Shown here piece by piece: positions 41,104 through 55,079 of a stretch of 64,000 nucleotides of DNA. Both the position numbers and the translations under genes were made by a program. The notes beneath the pieces were generated by a model. That model was not told where the DNA came from. It ran no database searches and saw only the letters and a program-made list of their open reading frames with translations. Source of the stretch: Desulfuromonadales bacterium (lineage in GTDB: Bacteria; Desulfobacterota; Desulfuromonadia; Desulfuromonadales; SZUA-540); the NCBI GenBank assembly GCA_033549025.1, contig JAWSUS010000001.1:267685-331684 (forward strand), read 5' to 3'. Each line of letters starts with the position of its first letter. The stretch's first letter is position 1.

Positions 41104-41919
41104 TCAGGCGCCCTGCGCCTTGGCGATAACCTTGGCATACTGCTCGCAGTACTCGGGCTTTTCCTCTTTGTAGAGAACACCGGTGAGCACTTTCCCTTCA
41201 AGCTGCTCGGCCGTCATCTTGCTGGCGGCCGCCACGGGAACGGCAATATCCTTGAGACGCTTCATCATATCGACGACGCTGCGGAATTTGTTGCGGCGCC
41301 CATAGGTGGTGGGGCAGTCGTCGAGAACTTCGATAACGGCCAGCCCCTTGTGCTTGATGCCTTCGGCAATCAGCTTGTCAATCTGGGTGGCGTGAAAAGA
41401 GGTGGTACGGGCGACAAAGGTCGCGCCAGCGCCGATAGCCAGCTTGCTGATGTCAAAAGTCGGATCGGGGTTGCCGTAAACGGTGGTGGACGCCTTGGCC
41501 CCTGTGGGAGTGCAAGGAGAGAACTGACCGCCGGTCATGCCGTAGATGCTGTTGTTGAAGATGACATAGGTCATGTCAATGTTGCGGCGGCAGGCATGGA
41601 TGAAGTGGTTTCCGCCAATAGCGGTACCATCACCGTCACCACCGACACAAATCACGTTCATCTCGGGCTTGGCCATTTTGACGCCGGTAGCAAAGGCAGC
41701 GGCACGGCCGTGAGCGGTGTGCAGAGTGTTGAAATCGACATAACCGGGGAGACGGCTGGCGCAGCCGATACCGGAAACGATGGCGGTGTTGTTCTTGTCC
41801 AGACCGCACATGTCAATGGCCCGGATCAGGCCCTTCATGGCAATCCCGTGGCCGCAGCCGGGGCACCAGATGTGGGGCAACTTGCCGGGGCGCAGATATT
41901 TATCGTAATCGAAAGCCAT
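41104..41919 (-). CDS. korB: 2-oxoglutarate:ferredoxin oxidoreductase beta subunit
   Basis: WCPGCGHG, SGIGC, TPP motif GGDGD...NNSIYGMTGGQ. Confidence 0.92.
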   Translation of the reverse strand: MAFDYDKYLRPGKLPHIWCPGCGHGIAMKGLIRAIDMCGLDKNNTAIVSGIGCASRLPGYVDFNTLHTAHGRAAAFATGVKMAKPEMNVICVGGDGDGTAIGGNHFIHACRRNIDMTYVIFNNSIYGMTGGQFSPCTPTGAKASTTVYGNPDPTFDISKLAIGAGATFVARTTSFHATQIDKLIAEGIKHKGLAVIEVLDDCPTTYGRRNKFRSVVDMMKRLKDIAVPVAAASKMTAEQLEGKVLTGVLYKEEKPEYCEQYAKVIAKAQGA

Positions 41920-41920
41920 G

Positions 41921-43054
41921 TTACTTAACCTCCTTGACTTTATCAATGATCTGGCCGGGGTTGATCGGCTCGCCGTCGACGCGACCGATAAATCCGATTT
42001 CGCAGGCCCCTTTGGCGACGCGCTCTACTTCGAGCACCATCTGGCCGAGGTTCATTTCCGGCACGACGATGGCTTTGGCCTGCTGGGCCAGGGCTGCTAC
42101 GCGCTTCTCCGGGAAAGGCCAGAGGGTGATAGGACGGAAGAGACCGGCCTTGATGCCTTCCTTGCGCAGTTCGTTGACCGCATAGCGAGCCGAACGGCTG
42201 GTGGATCCATAGGCGAAGATCACAACTTCGGCGTCCTCGGTCAGGTACTCTTCGTTCTTCTCAATATCAGCCTGAGCCGCATCAACCTTGCGCAGCTGAC
42301 GGCGCTGCTCATCGTCAACGAGGCTGGCCTTCGTGGTCGGGAAGCCATCCTGAGCCTTGTTCAGGCCGGTAACATGGAAGCGATATCCAGAGCCAAAAGC
42401 GGCCAGAGGAGGCACGTCACCGAAGGAAGTATCGAAGGGCTTGTACTCTTCGGGGGAAACAGTCGGGCCCTGACGGTCAATGACCTCAAGCTCACCCGGC
42501 TCGGGGAACTCGATGCGCTCGCGGCTGTGGCCGACGATTTCATCATAAAGCACCTGCACGGGCATGCGATATTTCTCGGCGAGGTTGAAGGCCCGCACCG
42601 TTTCGCTGAAGATTTCCTGGCAGGAAGCCGGTACCAGCGCGATAGCGGCGTGGTCGCCGTGGGTACCCCATTTGGCCTGCTGAACGTCGGACTGGCCAGG
42701 GCCGGTCGGCATACCGGTGGAGGGCCCGCCACGCATAACGTTGATGATGACGCAGGGCACCTCGGCGATGCAGGCATAGCCGATGAGTTCCTGTTTCAAA
42801 GAGACGCCGGGACCGGAAGTCGCGGTCAGCACCTTAGACCCGGTGAGGGAGGCCCCGATAACCGAAGCCATAGCGCCGATCTCGTCTTCCATTTGGATAA
42901 ATTTCCCTCCGACCTTGGGAAGTTCAACAGACAAAACTTCCGCAACCTCGGTAGAGGGGGTGATGGGGTAACCGCCGAAGAATTTGCAGCCGGCGTAAAG
43001 AGCGCCTTGTGCACAAGCCTCGTTCCCCTGCAACAGAGCAACTTTCTTAGCCAC
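41921..43054 (-). CDS. korA: 2-oxoglutarate:ferredoxin oxidoreductase alpha subunit
   Basis: GNEA, GYPITPSTE, QMEDE, TATSGPG, RGGPSTGMPT. Confidence 0.92.
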   Translation of the reverse strand: MAKKVALLQGNEACAQGALYAGCKFFGGYPITPSTEVAEVLSVELPKVGGKFIQMEDEIGAMASVIGASLTGSKVLTATSGPGVSLKQELIGYACIAEVPCVIINVMRGGPSTGMPTGPGQSDVQQAKWGTHGDHAAIALVPASCQEIFSETVRAFNLAEKYRMPVQVLYDEIVGHSRERIEFPEPGELEVIDRQGPTVSPEEYKPFDTSFGDVPPLAAFGSGYRFHVTGLNKAQDGFPTTKASLVDDEQRRQLRKVDAAQADIEKNEEYLTEDAEVVIFAYGSTSRSARYAVNELRKEGIKAGLFRPITLWPFPEKRVAALAQQAKAIVVPEMNLGQMVLEVERVAKGACEIGFIGRVDGEPINPGQIIDKVKEVK

Positions 43055-43080
43055 GTTAACCGACCTCCTAAAGTTTTAAA

Positions 43081-43272
43081 TTAATCTTTGAAGACTTTGA
43101 TAGCAAAGTCGGGGCACCGCAATTCGCACTGCATGCAGGCGATGCAGGCCTCAGGCTTGGCAACCTTTACCAGAAAGGCATCCATCTCCAGGACCTTGGT
43201 GGGGCAGAACTCCACGCAAATGCTGCACCCTTTGCAGTACCTTTCGATCACTTCCACTCTCGGACTGCTCAT
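43081..43272 (-). CDS. korD: 2x[4Fe-4S] ferredoxin subunit of the oxidoreductase
   Basis: CKGCSICVEFCP and CIACMQCELRCP; AAGGAG RBS before ATG 43272. Confidence 0.9.
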   Translation of the reverse strand: MSSPRVEVIERYCKGCSICVEFCPTKVLEMDAFLVKVAKPEACIACMQCELRCPDFAIKVFKD

Positions 43273-43479
43273 TACCGCTTTTCTCCTTTGCGAGTTTTTA
43301 CCGCGCCTAACGCGGTCGGACAAAACGTTACCGGAATCCACAATGCCCTGAACTTGGTCAGGGCCGAACCCACTGAATCTCGTACATTTTGCGAAAAAGT
43401 CTTCCACGACTACGTCATGCAAACACTGTTTCCACCCAAAAAACCGGTGCAGTATACACATTTTATCCAATAATTCAAA

Positions 43480-43519
43480 TGCAAAAGAAGGGCAATGTTG
43501 CCATTGCCCTTCTTTTGCA
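43480..43519 (-). terminator. Terminator after mdh
   Basis: Perfect 18-bp inverted repeat TGCAAAAGAAGGGCAATG-TTGC-CATTGCCCTTCTTTTGCA. Confidence 0.82.
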
Positions 43520-43538
43520 ACAATCACTGGAACTTGGA

Positions 43539-44561
<1,023 letters not shown>

Positions 44562-44568
44562 CTATAAA

Positions 44569-46809
<2,241 letters not shown>

Positions 46810-46968
46810 TTAGTTTTTATGCCAGCATCGCCAGAGGTTCAACAATATCAGCAAGATCAAGCCAATCTCAAAATACCCGCCAGGGCACACGACCGGCACC
46901 TGCCCTCAAACCCCTGATACAACAAACAGTTAATTAATTGAATTGGATCAAACCAGCCAATTAATCGT

Positions 46969-47001
46969 GTATACAGTATGCAAAAGACCTGGGAGTGTCA
47001 A
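46969..47001 (-). promoter_or_regulatory. icd sigma-70 promoter overlapped by a TTGCATACTGTATAC operator-like motif
   Basis: Minus strand TTGACA-N17-TACTGT; motif at 46969-46983. Confidence 0.75.
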
Positions 47002-47064
47002 GAAAAAACATGGCGTTAATCGGGTCCTTTACGACCCTCAAAAGGCCCTGATTCCAACAGAAAA

Positions 47065-47772
47065 TCACTCAACTAACTCTCTGTCCTTCAACATGATGTC
47101 TACCGGAAAAATGTCAGATCTTCTGGCTTTTTCCCGCGCCTCATCCATCGCCTCGGCACTGAGATCTCGAGGAATACTTAAAACCTGGCCCGGATAAATT
47201 TGGCGAGGGTCCTTGATCTGGTCCCGATTGGCCTTGTAAAGAAGGGGCCACAAGAGACCATCGGCATAAACTTCCTCTTTCGCCGCAATAGACCAGAGAT
47301 TTTCGCCACCCACAACGGTATATTGCGGCGCCGGCACTGGCGTTATTGGCGAAAGATCCTTGTCGACGGGACTTTCAGCCGAGGAAGAATCCGGCACTTT
47401 GGGGGCAGCGGGCTTGGTTGGCTTTTTTTTCACGGGGGTTTTTACGGGCAGGGAGGCCCGCTCAGCGGCCTGAGCGGCTTCAAGCTCGCGAAGACGCGCG
47501 GCTTCGTCGAGGGACTTCGATATCGCTCGACGGGCATGGGACTGCGCCAAGGGGAGGATCTGGCGAGCCTGCCGGTAGTCACCGTCATGGATATATTTTT
47601 CCGCGTCATACAGGGCCGTGCTGGCCGAGCGGTATTCGAGAGGGGCCAGCTGCGGCGCGCCGACAGCATAAGCCCGAGCGACGGATTCTCTGGCGACCTG
47701 AAGCTCGTGTTGGGGGAGTGAAGCACACCCCCCCAACACAAACAGAACCAAAAGGACCAAAAACTTGTGCAT
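47065..47772 (-). CDS. Lipoprotein with a DUF4398-like helical domain and LysM
   Basis: Lipobox LGGC, helical AxxAP..Y..A region, YTVVGGENLWSIA...WPLLYKANRDQIKDPRQIYPGQVL. Confidence 0.85.
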   Translation of the reverse strand: MHKFLVLLVLFVLGGCASLPQHELQVARESVARAYAVGAPQLAPLEYRSASTALYDAEKYIHDGDYRQARQILPLAQSHARRAISKSLDEAARLRELEAAQAAERASLPVKTPVKKKPTKPAAPKVPDSSSAESPVDKDLSPITPVPAPQYTVVGGENLWSIAAKEEVYADGLLWPLLYKANRDQIKDPRQIYPGQVLSIPRDLSAEAMDEAREKARRSDIFPVDIMLKDRELVE

Positions 47773-47851
47773 TTAACGACAAAACCTTCCTCAGCCGAGA
47801 ACTCAGAAGAGGATCAGCCCCCTCACAAGAAACGGGACAGGGGGCGAGAGA

Positions 47852-49639
47852 CTATTTGGGGCGGCTGGCCAGGCGAATCGAAAGCTCCCGCAGCTGTTTT
47901 TCGTCAACCACATTGGGCGCTTCAGACATCATACAGGTCGCCTTCTGGGTCTTCGGGAAAGCAATGACGTCCCGGATGGAATCGGAGCCGGTCAGGATCA
48001 TAACAAGCCGATCCAATCCGAAGGCAATTCCTCCGTGGGGGGGCGCCCCGAATTCGAGGGCATCGAGCAGAAAGCCGAACTTCTCCCTGGCCTCCTCGAT
48101 GCCAATCCCCATAAGGTCGAACATCTTGCTCTGAACAGCCTGATCATGGATACGAATGCTGCCGCCGCCGATTTCCGAGCCATTGAGTACCAGGTCGTAG
48201 GCCTTGGCCCGGGCCTTGCCGGGATCCCCATCGAGCAGGGGCATGTCTTCATCCATCGGCGCGGTGAAAGGGTGGTGAACCGCAACGTGCCGCCGCGCCT
48301 CTCCGTCCCACTCAAGAAGAGGGAAATCGGTGATCCACACGAACTTGAAGTCATCCTTGCGGGTCAGGCCAAGCTTGTGCCCCAAGTGGCCACGCAGTCG
48401 CCCCAGCGCTTCATTGGTGACTCTGTAACTATCGGCGACAAAGAGCAGGAGGTCGCCGACCTCGGCATGCAACACGCGATTCAGCGCCGCGAGTTCCTGC
48501 TCGGAGAAAAACTTGGCGATCGGAGACTGCCACCCTTCCTCGGTAACCTTGACATAGGCGAGACCTTTGGCCCCATAGATTTTGGCAAACTCCGTGAGAT
48601 CGTCGATCTCTTTTCGGGAAAAGGAGGCGCAACCCTTGACGTTGAGGGCCTTGACGATACCGCCCCCCTTGACCACATCGGCAAAGACCTTGAAACCGGA
48701 ATCCTTGACCAGATTGGAGATTTCCACCAACTCCAGGTCAAAACGCAGGTCCGGATTGTCCACCCCGTAGCGGGCCATGGCTTCGGCATAGGTCATGCGG
48801 GGCATGGGTAGGCTTACCTCCACCCCAATGGCGTCGCGGAAAACTTCGGCGATCATTCCTTCCATGACGGCTATCACGTCATCGCGGCTAACAAAGCTCA
48901 TCTCGCAGTCGATCTGCGTGAACTCCGGCTGACGGTCAGCCCTCAAGTCCTCGTCACGGAAACATTTGACGATCTGGCAATAGCGATCATAGCCGGAAAC
49001 CATGAGGAGCTGTTTGAACAGCTGGGGGGATTGAGGCAGCGCATAGAAAGTTCCGGGATTGACACGGCTGGGGACGAGATAGTCACGAGCGCCCTCGGGC
49101 GTGCTTTTGGTCAGCACCGGGGTTTCGATTTCCAGAAAGCCCTGGTTGTCAAGATAGGTGCGAACGGTACGGGCGACCCGGTGACGCAGCATGAGATTGC
49201 TCTGGATGCCCGGACGGCGCAGATCAAGATAGCGGTGCTTGAGGCGGATACTTTCCGCCACATCGGCGTATTCGTCGATCATGAAGGGAGGGGTCTTGGC
49301 CGTATTGAGAACGCGCAGTTCCCGAACCTCCACTTCGACCTCGCCGGTGAACATCTTGGGGTTGACCGTTCCCTCGGGCCGGGGAGAAACGACCCCCCGC
49401 ACCGCAATGACATATTCATTGCGCACCCGGTCGGCCTTGGTGTGGGCTTCGGGATCCCGGTCCGGATCCAGCGCCAACTGAACGATCCCTTCCCGGTCCC
49501 GAAGGTCGATAAAAATAAGCCCGCCATGGTCGCGGCGACGCTGCACCCACCCCATGAGACAAACGTCCTTGCCGATATCTGCAGCGGTAACACGCCCGCA
49601 ATAATGGCTTCTTTTCCAGTCACCAAGAATGTCGTTCAC
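47852..49639 (-). CDS. aspS: Aspartate-tRNA ligase
   Basis: [52 protein letters not shown]. Confidence 0.97.
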   Translation of the reverse strand: MNDILGDWKRSHYCGRVTAADIGKDVCLMGWVQRRRDHGGLIFIDLRDREGIVQLALDPDRDPEAHTKADRVRNEYVIAVRGVVSPRPEGTVNPKMFTGEVEVEVRELRVLNTAKTPPFMIDEYADVAESIRLKHRYLDLRRPGIQSNLMLRHRVARTVRTYLDNQGFLEIETPVLTKSTPEGARDYLVPSRVNPGTFYALPQSPQLFKQLLMVSGYDRYCQIVKCFRDEDLRADRQPEFTQIDCEMSFVSRDDVIAVMEGMIAEVFRDAIGVEVSLPMPRMTYAEAMARYGVDNPDLRFDLELVEISNLVKDSGFKVFADVVKGGGIVKALNVKGCASFSRKEIDDLTEFAKIYGAKGLAYVKVTEEGWQSPIAKFFSEQELAALNRVLHAEVGDLLLFVADSYRVTNEALGRLRGHLGHKLGLTRKDDFKFVWITDFPLLEWDGEARRHVAVHHPFTAPMDEDMPLLDGDPGKARAKAYDLVLNGSEIGGGSIRIHDQAVQSKMFDLMGIGIEEAREKFGFLLDALEFGAPPHGGIAFGLDRLVMILTGSDSIRDVIAFPKTQKATCMMSEAPNVVDEKQLRELSIRLASRPK

Positions 49640-49742
49640 GCCCTGTCCTCCAAAATGGTTAAATCGGCCACTGAACCGTGGCGAAATCAAGCAAAACGAA
49701 ATTATACAGAGCCTTTTTGCGTGGCGTCAAGACAAGATTCCG

Positions 49743-51002
49743 TCATGCCCCGAGCACTCTCGCGCGCAGCTCTTCCTCAAGGCGGTCAAAGGCCACTTCT
49801 TCTTGACTGCCCTTGTCCATGTCCTTAAGTTGTGCCACGTTACGGCTCAACTCTTCCTCCCCAACGATCACGACAAAACGGGCCTTGAGCTTGCCGGCGC
49901 GTCTCATCTGCGCCTTGAGACTCTTTCCCGAAAAATCCATCTCCGCATGCAGGCCATGACGCTGAAGATCCGACATAAGGACAAAGGCTTTTTGACTGGC
50001 CTCCTCGCCCATGCCCGCCAAAAAGACATCCGCCCGCGAAGATGGCTCGTGATCGTCTCCCTTCATCAGAACCAGGCGCTCCAACCCCATCGCAAAACCG
50101 ATGCCAGGCAGAGAAGGCCCCCCCAGGTCAGCGATAAGACCGTCATAACGCCCGCCAGCCGCTACCGCATTCTGGGACCCGAGTCGCGTGGTGACCATTT
50201 CAAAAGTGGTCTTGGTATAGTAATCGAGCCCGCGCACCATCCGGGGATTGATCGTGAAGGGGGCATTCAGCAGGCGCAGATAGGTCTGAACCTGGGAAAA
50301 GTGGTCATCACAACCTGAGCAGAGATGATCCAGGACCGACGGCGCCTGGACGGTGGCCTCTTTGCAACCGGTCGCCTTGCAGTCCAGAACACGCAAGGGA
50401 TTGGTCTGATACCGCCGGCGGCAATCTTCGCAGAGCGAATCGAGGCGCTCCTGCAAGAAGGCCACGAGCGTTTGACGGAAGCCGGGACGACACTCTGCAC
50501 ACCCCAAGGAATTCACCTGCAGTTCGACGTCACCAATGCCGACCTCGTCGAAGTAATGGATCAGCATGGCCAACACCTGGGCGTCAACCCGAGGATCCTC
50601 CACCCCGATCACCTCGGCACCGATTTGGTGAAACTGGCGGTAGCGGCCCTTCTGCGGGCGCTCGTAACGGAACATGGGGCCCATGTAGTAAAGCCGGGCC
50701 ACCGGGTCCTGTGCGTACATTTTATTTTCAATATAGGAGCGCATGACCGGGGCGGTTCCCTCGGGTCGCAAGGTCAAGGAATTTCCGCTCTTATCGTTGA
50801 ACGTATACATCTCTTTTTCGACGATATCGGTTGTTTCACCGATTGAGCGACAAAAAAGCTCGGTTTTCTCAACCACCGGAACACGAATTTCAGAAAATCC
50901 GTAGGCCCCGAAGACCTTTCGAGCGCTGTGTTCGAGAAATTGCCAGGTTTCCACTTCGCCCGGCAGGATATCGTTCATCCCCTTGATACCTGTAATACTC
51001 AC
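49743..51002 (-). CDS. hisS: Histidine-tRNA ligase
   Basis: KEMYTF, LRPEGTA, FRYERPQKGRYRQF, RGLDYY, GGRYDGL. Confidence 0.97.
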   Translation of the reverse strand: MSITGIKGMNDILPGEVETWQFLEHSARKVFGAYGFSEIRVPVVEKTELFCRSIGETTDIVEKEMYTFNDKSGNSLTLRPEGTAPVMRSYIENKMYAQDPVARLYYMGPMFRYERPQKGRYRQFHQIGAEVIGVEDPRVDAQVLAMLIHYFDEVGIGDVELQVNSLGCAECRPGFRQTLVAFLQERLDSLCEDCRRRYQTNPLRVLDCKATGCKEATVQAPSVLDHLCSGCDDHFSQVQTYLRLLNAPFTINPRMVRGLDYYTKTTFEMVTTRLGSQNAVAAGGRYDGLIADLGGPSLPGIGFAMGLERLVLMKGDDHEPSSRADVFLAGMGEEASQKAFVLMSDLQRHGLHAEMDFSGKSLKAQMRRAGKLKARFVVIVGEEELSRNVAQLKDMDKGSQEEVAFDRLEEELRARVLGA

Positions 51003-51177
51003 TGATCTCTTCCTCTTTATTTATGGTTATGCAACAGGCACACGAAGCCGGAATCGCCACAAGGCCAGTCAGCCCATCAAAGCACAGGGCTCCTTCATGG
51101 CTAGAATTAACGGCATTCCAATGTCATGGAGAAGGAGGTCCCCCAGGCAGAGGGGTCCGGAGGCTTGAACCGGCGGA

Positions 51178-52548
51178 TCAGGACCTGATTTCCCAGGCCC
51201 CGCGAATCACGTTACGTATTTTTTTCCCTTCGTACATTGCCCGGTCGGCCAAATCGACGATGCTGTTTCGATCGTCGGCGTCATCAGGGAAAATGGCACT
51301 CCCCACCGTGGCGGTCAGGCGGCACTTCAACCCCATATCTTCCAGAAAAACATGCTCTTCTATGACCTTGCGTATTCGTTCCGACACCAGAGCAGCCCCC
51401 TTGGCATCCGTCTCGATGAGCAGAGCAGTAAATTCGTCACCGCCATAACGAAACAACGAGTCGACCTCACGAACCGCGTGGTGAAGAAGGCTGCCGACTT
51501 CTTTCAGCGCCGCGCTGCCAGCCAGATGACCATGGGTGTCGTTGACTTCCTTGAAGTGATCTATATCGATAAAGACCAGAGCAAATTTGAGTCTGAAACG
51601 TTCGGCCCGCCTGATTTCCTGTTCCAGCACAATCTGCAGATAGCGATAATTGAACAGACCGGTAAGATCATCAATATAGATAAGCTGCTGAACATCCTGG
51701 TAACGCAGCGAATTCTCGAAAGCCAGGGCAGTCTGGTCCGACAAAAAGGTGAGGTTTTCTTTGGGTAGCGGACGGGGCAGCCCCCCCTCGGCGGGGTTAA
51801 AGATGACGATAGCCCCTTTCAATTCACGGGACAGAAAAAGAGGGAAGAGACAGGCCTCCTGGACATTCACCGGCCAGTCCGGCCGCGAGTCCAGATCAGA
51901 GACATGAAGGGTGCGGACGGTGGTCAGTCCGGGCAAGTGAGGCCGAATGGACATGGCCAGAGACAAAGCCCCAAGCGCTTCCACGCCCTCCAATCCCGCC
52001 AAACGCAGTCGATCGCCATCACACAGGAGCATGGCAAATCCGCGTCCAGTGCCGACTTCCTTCAGCAGGGTATTCACCGCCTGAGGCAGTAATTTATCAA
52101 TATCCAGAAAAGACGCAAGGTTCTGTCCCTTCTGGTAAAGGCGTATCTGACTTTTGAGAAGGGTATTTTCGTCCAGAAGACGGACCTGATCAAGGCACGA
52201 CCGCACCACGTGCCTTAGCTCTTCGGGATTAAAAGGCTTGATGAGATAATCCCGCGCGCCCCCCTTGAGGGCCTTGATGGCGGTTTCCAACGTGGCGTGC
52301 CCGGTCACCAGGATGACTTCGGGAGGATTCTCCATGTTGCGAACCTGGTAAAGAACATCCAGCCCGCCGATATCCGGCATAACCATATCGGTCAGGAGAA
52401 CATCCACCCCACCCTTGGCGATTCGCTCAAGCGCCGCATTACCGGATGCAAAGGATTCGACAATATAGCCTTCCTCACTCAGCAGCTCGGAATACATCCG
52501 GCGGAAGAACAGCTCATCGTCAACAACCAGTATGGTGGGTTTTTTCAT
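51178..52548 (-). CDS. REC-(GAF-like)-GGDEF dinucleotide cyclase, Hypr type (GacA-like)
   Basis: LVVDDE REC domain; DDLTGLFN, DIDHFKEVNDTHGHLAGS, REVD I-site, YGGDEF. Confidence 0.88.
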   Translation of the reverse strand: MKKPTILVVDDELFFRRMYSELLSEEGYIVESFASGNAALERIAKGGVDVLLTDMVMPDIGGLDVLYQVRNMENPPEVILVTGHATLETAIKALKGGARDYLIKPFNPEELRHVVRSCLDQVRLLDENTLLKSQIRLYQKGQNLASFLDIDKLLPQAVNTLLKEVGTGRGFAMLLCDGDRLRLAGLEGVEALGALSLAMSIRPHLPGLTTVRTLHVSDLDSRPDWPVNVQEACLFPLFLSRELKGAIVIFNPAEGGLPRPLPKENLTFLSDQTALAFENSLRYQDVQQLIYIDDLTGLFNYRYLQIVLEQEIRRAERFRLKFALVFIDIDHFKEVNDTHGHLAGSAALKEVGSLLHHAVREVDSLFRYGGDEFTALLIETDAKGAALVSERIRKVIEEHVFLEDMGLKCRLTATVGSAIFPDDADDRNSIVDLADRAMYEGKKIRNVIRGAWEIRS

Positions 52549-52602
52549 CCAGGAAGGCCCCCTTTGATTACAGGCTGACGCTAACAAAACCGCACATTTC
52601 TG

Positions 52603-54978
52603 TCAACGGAAAAGCCTTGATCGCCACGGATACACCTGCCAGCCGTCCCCATCACTGACAAACCGCAAGGTACCGTTCCAATCCGTGCGATATAAAGGAA
52701 TTTGTTGGGAGGCCAGCGTATTCACCACCGACGCATGAGGAAAACCGTAACGGTTTGCCAAACCGACCGAGGTAAAAGTCATCTGGGGATTCAGGGCTTC
52801 CAGAAGAGCCTCCGGAGAAGAATGCCGGCTGCCATGATGGGGCAACTTGAGCAACTGGACTGAGTTATGGGAAAGATTGCCTAGCAATTTGTCAACACCG
52901 GCGGACTCCAGATCTCCAGTCAACAGAAGGCTCGCCTCACCCAGGGAGGCGAGCAGCACCACGGAGCGATCATTGATGTTGCCGCTTTGGGGTGGCACAT
53001 AGAGGCTCAAGTGGGCGGGCGAATCGACACTGTCATGCGACCAGCCTTCCGGCAAGGTCTCAAGGGGAACCTGCCCCATCAGCAGGGACTCCCTAATGCT
53101 CTCCGGCAGCTCCTCCCTGCGCAAGGCAGTCCGGAATGTGCGTACCGGGAAACGGGACAGAACAGCACCCAGACCAAGATAGTGATCGGGGTGGGCGTGG
53201 GTCAGGATGACGGAGTCGAGCGCCGATATCCCGAGGCGGGCCAGAGCTGGCAGCAGCAGGCGTTCTCCCACATCAAACGTCTCGCTGTAGAGCCCGCCGC
53301 CATCGATCAGGTGATGCTGGCCATCGGGCGTCGACAAGAGTAAAGACTCCCCCTGGCCGACAGAAAAGACAGTCAGAGCAAGCTCCGGTGAAGCGGTCCG
53401 GGGGAGAATGAAAAGCAACAGGGCCACACAGGCCAGAGCGGTGCGCAATCGATAAAACCGGGCCCAGGGAAGAAAAACAAGGACCAGAAGCAAAACAAAA
53501 CAGAGCAAGGTCTTTGGGGCAAGAAATACATTCACACTGCCCAGCAGAGGAAAAGAAAGCAGAAAACGCAGGGCGACCAATACGGCGGAAACCACCTCTC
53601 CGCAAACGGCAAAAGCCAAGTTCGCCAGTAGAGGACTGAGGGGACTCAAAAGCGACCCCATAAGCGCCAGCGGCACGGCGATAAAACCGACAGCCGGAAC
53701 AGCCACCAGGTTGGCCAGAAGGCCGGCAGGAGAAAACATATGAAAATGCAAGGCGACCAGAGGGGCTGTCGCCAGGGTAGCCGTCAGGGTCGTGAGCAGA
53801 AGCAGGGTGACCCATCTCAGGGGCAGTGGCCAATGGTGGAGTTTCAAGGCCGTACTCAAGCGAGGTACCCCCAGCATGATCCCCAAAACCCCGGCAAAGG
53901 AAAGCTGAAACGAAGCCTCGTACAAAGACAGCGGGCTGATGAGCAAAAAAAGGAAAGCGACCGTCCCCAACAGATGAAGGGGGTTGGTGCGCCGGGAACT
54001 CAGACAGAACAGAGCCACGGCAACAGCCATGAGAAACGCCCGCAGGGTCGGGATAGCGCCGCCCGTCAGGAATAGATAGCCGGCGAGCAGAGGGAGAATC
54101 ACCACGGGCAGCAGGCGCCGCGGGGGGGCCAGAAGCAGCAGCGTTTCCGAGCGGCAATAAAAGAAGCGGCCGATGCCATAGAAGAAGGACGCGATAATCC
54201 CCAGGTGCAACCCTGAGATGGCAAAGAGATGCGACACACCCCCGCGGGCCAGCAGATCACGCTGCGCGGGGAGCAGTACGCTCTTCTCTCCAACGGCAAG
54301 AGCCTTGACAAAAGGGGACAATTCCTCAGAAACAGCCCCGTCGATGAGCCGAACCACCCTGCCCCGCTGCTGTGCCAGAAAATCCATCATGGAAAATCCT
54401 GTAGATTGCTGGACCAGCACCACATCCCCAAAACGCTCCAAAGCCGCCGTCACATAAATGCCCTGGCGGGCCAGGTGTCGGGGAAAATCGAATTCACCGG
54501 GCGTCCCGAAAGAGCGGGGCCTTTTCAGGCGGGCATAGAAGCGGACGGAATCCCCCATGCGGACGGTCGGCTCGCCCTCTTCAATAAAGACGCGAACCAT
54601 GCCGCGGCAGCTTACCCCGATCCGACGACGGTCGATTTGAGAAACATCAACATTGAGGGTAGAGCGGCCCAGAGAGCGGTTTTCTATGGCGGTCACCCGG
54701 CCTTGCACCGACACGGCCTCGCCGCCGGCAAAGGAGCGGACATCCTGAGAGGCAAGAGGGGGAGAGAGGTGGTGATGATAAAGGGAGAAGCCAAAACAGA
54801 TGAGGGCGGCCGGCAGCAGAAAAAGCGCCGGGTCAAAACGGCGCAGCACCAGCCATATAGCCACCAGAACGGCGGCAAGAGCGGTAACGGCGGGGGAAGG
54901 TCCCGCAAAGGGAGCCAGCAGGATCCCCGCGGTCAAAAAGAACAGGGAGCTGAAGGCACTGAAGCGCCCGTCTCTCAT
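52603..54978 (-). CDS. comEC: DNA internalization competence protein ComEC/Rec2
   Basis: PGEFDF, HLFAISGLH, SFQLSF, metallo-beta-lactamase part VGQGES, THAHPDH, PHHGS, YRTD. Confidence 0.93.
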   Translation of the reverse strand: MRDGRFSAFSSLFFLTAGILLAPFAGPSPAVTALAAVLVAIWLVLRRFDPALFLLPAALICFGFSLYHHHLSPPLASQDVRSFAGGEAVSVQGRVTAIENRSLGRSTLNVDVSQIDRRRIGVSCRGMVRVFIEEGEPTVRMGDSVRFYARLKRPRSFGTPGEFDFPRHLARQGIYVTAALERFGDVVLVQQSTGFSMMDFLAQQRGRVVRLIDGAVSEELSPFVKALAVGEKSVLLPAQRDLLARGGVSHLFAISGLHLGIIASFFYGIGRFFYCRSETLLLLAPPRRLLPVVILPLLAGYLFLTGGAIPTLRAFLMAVAVALFCLSSRRTNPLHLLGTVAFLFLLISPLSLYEASFQLSFAGVLGIMLGVPRLSTALKLHHWPLPLRWVTLLLLTTLTATLATAPLVALHFHMFSPAGLLANLVAVPAVGFIAVPLALMGSLLSPLSPLLANLAFAVCGEVVSAVLVALRFLLSFPLLGSVNVFLAPKTLLCFVLLLVLVFLPWARFYRLRTALACVALLLFILPRTASPELALTVFSVGQGESLLLSTPDGQHHLIDGGGLYSETFDVGERLLLPALARLGISALDSVILTHAHPDHYLGLGAVLSRFPVRTFRTALRREELPESIRESLLMGQVPLETLPEGWSHDSVDSPAHLSLYVPPQSGNINDRSVVLLASLGEASLLLTGDLESAGVDKLLGNLSHNSVQLLKLPHHGSRHSSPEALLEALNPQMTFTSVGLANRYGFPHASVVNTLASQQIPLYRTDWNGTLRFVSDGDGWQVYPWRSRLFR

Positions 54979-55079
54979 GGAGCGCCCGCCGGCATGAAAA
55001 AGGTGGTGTGATCCACAGCGTCGAGGATCTTTCGTGGCAGGAGGCGATCGTGAGCCGCCCCAGGATCAGAAGAAAAGGA

